64,000 nucleotides of DNA from sequence record MZ065353.1. One strand, given 5' to 3'. The position numbers were made by a program, and so were the translations under genes. The stretch is from Escherichia virus KFS-EC3. The notes under the pieces are model-generated. The model was not told where the DNA came from. It ran no database searches and worked only from the letters and a program-made list of their open reading frames with translations. Below are positions 60,025 to 64,000 of this stretch, one piece after another (within the stretch, counting starts at the first letter, position 1; each line of letters starts with the position of its first letter).

Positions 60025-60385
60025 ACCTTTGAAGTATGAATTAAAGCGCCAGCTAATTCCTACTGATGTATTAATAGGTCCTGTTATACTCATATCATTT
60101 GTAATTCTATTGATTATTGGAGGTGTTTTAGATGTTATGACTGATATTGATTCTGGCGAAATACTTGTGTTAATGCTAATTCTTCCATTAATAGTTCCAC
60201 TTTTATTAGTACCTGTAAATTGGGTAGGATACTGGTATCAAGGAAGGCATTATCGTAAACGCGTACGTGATTGGAAAGCACAGTGTAAAAAGATTAAAAA
60301 GGAACATCAGCTTAAACTTGCTGCGTATGAATTTGATGAAATTATGAAATTTGTTAAGGAATCACGATGCAAAAGCCAAAACTAA
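59993..60385 (+). CDS. small membrane protein (130 aa), tandem family member
   Basis: Two hydrophobic helices (LIGPVILISFVILLIIGGVL, LVLMLILPLIVPLLLVPV); C-terminal FVKESRC motif. Confidence 0.5.
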   Translation: MSKPSLYLPSKPLKYELKRQLIPTDVLIGPVILISFVILLIIGGVLDVMTDIDSGEILVLMLILPLIVPLLLVPVNWVGYWYQGRHYRKRVRDWKAQCKKIKKEHQLKLAAYEFDEIMKFVKESRCKSQN

Positions 60386-60729
60386 ATAAAGTCAAATATT
60401 CGCTTCCTGAGTCATTTTTAATTTTTGCTGTGGCGTTGGCTGCAGCTCTTGCGGGTAGTCTTTTTGGATTATTAATTGACTGTCTTATTTTAAACATCGA
60501 CGGCACAGTAAATATAATAGAAGTTTGGAGTGAACTTCGCTATACTAAAATTATTTCATTATTTTCATTCTTTGGTACCATGCTATATTTTCATTATGAT
60601 AATTTTAAAATAAATTGGCAAAGAAAAAAGGATTACAAAATACAATTAAAAGAATATAATAGCTACATGTCTTATATTGAAAATGAATCAATGAAAGAGT
60701 TTGTGAGTGATTGCAGGAAAATCAAATGA
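60367..60729 (+). CDS. small membrane protein (120 aa), tandem family member
   Basis: Hydrophobic segments; C-terminal FVSDCRKIK; stop overlaps the next start (ATGA). Confidence 0.5.
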   Translation: MQKPKLNKVKYSLPESFLIFAVALAAALAGSLFGLLIDCLILNIDGTVNIIEVWSELRYTKIISLFSFFGTMLYFHYDNFKINWQRKKDYKIQLKEYNSYMSYIENESMKEFVSDCRKIK

Positions 60730-61210
60730 TTTTAAAAACTCGCTGGTATGATTTAGATGACGGGGATGATGGCATTTCAGTTGATAGAGTTGACTGGAAT
60801 GGCTGTTCCGAAGATATGAAAAATTTGCTGATTAGGGAGTTTAGAATGGGATATCAACCAGTTAAGCCATCTACTGCAACAGATGATAAATTCGTGTGTA
60901 TTCATAATGGTCGCGCTAAATTAACGAACGCTGATTGGTTCACAGATAAGATTATGATTCTGTGGTATATTATTAGTTTTCCTGTGACATCATTTGTATT
61001 TTGCTTCTTTGGAGAAAGTCCAGTAGGCAGAACGGAAGATTGGATTCTTTTAATTATACTTGTTAATATTTTTACAGCAGCAGTACTATCAGGAATATGG
61101 TGCGTGTTCATTGAAATGCCATGGCGGCTACGCAGACAACAAAAGATTTTTGATGAAAAGAAATACGCTCAAAATTTAAATAACTTTATCACTGAATGCA
61201 GGAAATTAAA

Positions 61211-61214
<4 letters not shown>
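60726..61214 (+). CDS. small membrane protein (162 aa), tandem family member
   Basis: The track start at 60711 is a TTG; the ATG at 60726 sits in an ATGA overlap. Hydrophobic segments; C-terminal FITECRKLK. Confidence 0.5.
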
Positions 61215-62183
<969 letters not shown>

Positions 62184-62187
62184 AGCT

Positions 62188-62217
62188 GTTTACTTTCTAC
62201 TAGAATTGTGATAGTAT
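62188..62217 (+). promoter_or_regulatory. early promoter (GTTTAC, 18-nt spacer, TAGTAT)
   Basis: GTTTAC at 62188-62193; TAGTAT at 62212-62217. Confidence 0.5.
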
Positions 62218-62271
62218 ATTCACAGTTGCTTGAAGAGACAAATTACTAATTAAAATATTTAAAGGAAACAT

Positions 62272-62745
62272 ATGAAAACATATCAAGAATTTATCACTGA
62301 AGCAGTTATTAATTCTCAAATTATTGCTGAATCTTTTACTGATCTTTTGAAATTTAAAAAAGGTCAAAAAATTACTGCTGTATTAGATGATGGTACAGAA
62401 GTTGAGATGGATGTACAGGGATATAATTATGCAGTAGATGGAAAACTGTATAATAAATCTCATGCTAAATTTGATTCATTTGACGACTTTGTTAATACAG
62501 TTGAAGATGAAAAAACTCGTCGATCCATTGCAACTGGTGATGCTAAGGTTCTTATGGCGCACGGTCATGAACGTATCCGCGCCAAACAGAATAAAATGGG
62601 CGAAGATAATTTTGCATTAGTTGGTTATCAATCTGGTAAACAAACTTATGGTTATCAGCGTACTGCTACCATGTATAACAAAAATGGTAAAATTGCCTTT
62701 GTAAATAGTAAAGGTTCTATTCAGTACGTTAAATCGTTCAAATAA
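62272..62745 (+). CDS. internal-protein-like protein with capsid targeting sequence (157 aa; ipII/ipIII position)
   Basis: MKTYQEFITE|AVINSQIIAE|S gives two (L/I)xE sites; adjacent to e, as the T4 ipII/ipIII genes are. Confidence 0.65.
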   Translation: MKTYQEFITEAVINSQIIAESFTDLLKFKKGQKITAVLDDGTEVEMDVQGYNYAVDGKLYNKSHAKFDSFDDFVNTVEDEKTRRSIATGDAKVLMAHGHERIRAKQNKMGEDNFALVGYQSGKQTYGYQRTATMYNKNGKIAFVNSKGSIQYVKSFK

Positions 62746-62823
62746 TATGGGAACAGCCTGGACCTCATTTGAGGTATTCCCGCCAACCTGTGATAAGGTC
62801 GAGCCAAAGCGCGGTAATGGGTA

Positions 62824-63420
62824 ATGCAGGAATGGACAACTCATGTGCCATGGAATGGCCCAAAAATTAAGAGAGAAAATATGAGAACATTTTTAACTGG
62901 CCCGTATCTATCCCTGATGAATGCTTTTACACACCATTCTGATGCTAGAGTAGAAGAACTCTGTAAGAATGATTATCTTCCACCAATGGAAGATGTGCTC
63001 AAACAGTACTGCACACTTCGACTAGATGGTGGACGTCAATCTGGTAAATCAACTGCTGTGACTAACTTTGCTGCTAATTGGCTGTATGACGGTGGAACAG
63101 TTATTGTTCTTTCTAATACTTCAGCTTACGCTAAAATTTCTGCAGGCCACATTAAAAAAGAATTTTCTCGTTATTCTAGTGATGATATTCGATTCCGCTT
63201 ATTTACTGATTCTGTCCGTAGTTTTATCGGTAATAAAGGAAGCAAGTTCAGAGGTTTATCGCTTTCTCGAATTTTGTATATAATTGATGAGCCTGTTAAA
63301 TCTCCTGATATGGATAAGATTTATAGCGTCCATATTGACACTGTACACTACTGCTGTAATAGTAAATGTTGCATTGGTGGTATTACTCGTCCGCAGTTTT
63401 TCGTAATCGGAATGCAATGA
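62824..63420 (+). CDS. hypothetical P-loop NTPase (Walker A GGRQSGKST, Walker B-like LYIIDEP), 198 aa
   Basis: Motifs read from the translation; start uncertain (alternative Met at 62881). Confidence 0.5.
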   Translation: MQEWTTHVPWNGPKIKRENMRTFLTGPYLSLMNAFTHHSDARVEELCKNDYLPPMEDVLKQYCTLRLDGGRQSGKSTAVTNFAANWLYDGGTVIVLSNTSAYAKISAGHIKKEFSRYSSDDIRFRLFTDSVRSFIGNKGSKFRGLSLSRILYIIDEPVKSPDMDKIYSVHIDTVHYCCNSKCCIGGITRPQFFVIGMQ

Positions 63421-63746
63421 TGACAGACACACAGCTTTTCGAATATCTTTATTTTTCGCCAAAAACTATTAAAAATAAATTGGTGAATCATTTTGAAATT
63501 TTGGCAAATAACAACGTCTTGAGCGAATTTTATCCTAAGCAATACAAATTACAAAAAGGTGTATTCAAAGGATGCAGAGTTTTGTGTACTGCTCCTAATG
63601 CAAGATTAATGAATAAAATTCCATATTTTACCATGGAATTTATTGATGGACCTTTTAAAGGACTAATCACCCAAAGTTTAATGGCATATGATTCTGAGCC
63701 ATTTTTAATTAAAGAACAGTCTTGGATAAATTTATTTTCTAATTGA
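63417..63746 (+). CDS. hypothetical protein (109 aa)
   Basis: ATG at 63417 overlaps the upstream stop (ATGA); the track ORF at 63366 is extended upstream. Confidence 0.45.
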   Translation: MMTDTQLFEYLYFSPKTIKNKLVNHFEILANNNVLSEFYPKQYKLQKGVFKGCRVLCTAPNARLMNKIPYFTMEFIDGPFKGLITQSLMAYDSEPFLIKEQSWINLFSN

Positions 63747-63752
63747 GGTTAT

Positions 63753-64000
63753 ATGAAAGCATATCAAATTCTTGAAGGCACACATAAAGGTACTATTTAT
63801 TTTGAAGATGGTATTCAAGCACGAATTATTGTTTCTAAAACCTTTAAAGAGGACTCTTTTGTAGACCCAGAAATTTTCTACGGTTTGCATGCCCGTGAAA
63901 TTGAAATTGAACCACAGCCTACAGTTAAAATTGAAGGTGGTCAACACCTGAACGTTAACGTTCTACGTCGTGAAACTCTGGAAGATGCAGTTAGGCAGCC
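63753..64000 (+). CDS. hypothetical protein, 3'-truncated by the window end
   Basis: ATG at 63753 with GAGG ribosome-binding site; open to the end of the window ([20 protein letters not shown]...). Confidence 0.4.
   Translation, partial: MKAYQILEGTHKGTIYFEDGIQARIIVSKTFKEDSFVDPEIFYGLHAREIEIEPQPTVKIEGGQHLNVNVLRRETLEDAVRQ

Overview
This window is a contiguous segment of a T4-like (T-even, Tequatrovirus-type) myovirus genome, in reverse-complement orientation relative to the usual T4 map. I identified it by reading the ORF translations: the 164-aa product at 61689..62183 is T4 lysozyme (gene e) almost residue for residue, fibritin ends with the '[27 protein letters not shown]' foldon, and the order and lengths of the structural genes match what I recall for T4. 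No database search was run; all assignments rest on recalled T4 gene order, protein lengths and visible motifs. The window runs from alt and the baseplate hub genes (54, 48, 29, 28, 27, 51, 26, 25), through uvsY/uvsW, inh, hoc, rnlB and the head genes (24 to 20), the tail and terminase genes (19 to 13), wac and the baseplate genes (12 to 5, 53), then 4, 2, 3, 1, 57A, 57B, an eight-tRNA cluster with segB and small stable RNAs, a block of small early genes, nudE and e. I see no bacterial defence system and no CRISPR array; the core is ordinary conserved phage machinery. The accessory content worth a second look is: two paralogous free-standing HNH endonuclease genes (one exactly between uvsW and uvsW.1, one between genes 2 and 3), two GIY-YIG seg-type endonucleases, tandem Alt-like ADP-ribosyltransferase paralogs, a Hoc with a duplicated Ig-like domain, four internal-protein-like genes with N-terminal prohead-protease cleavage motifs sitting behind a repeated early-promoter module, and a tandem family of small membrane proteins whose gene junctions reuse the same sequence.
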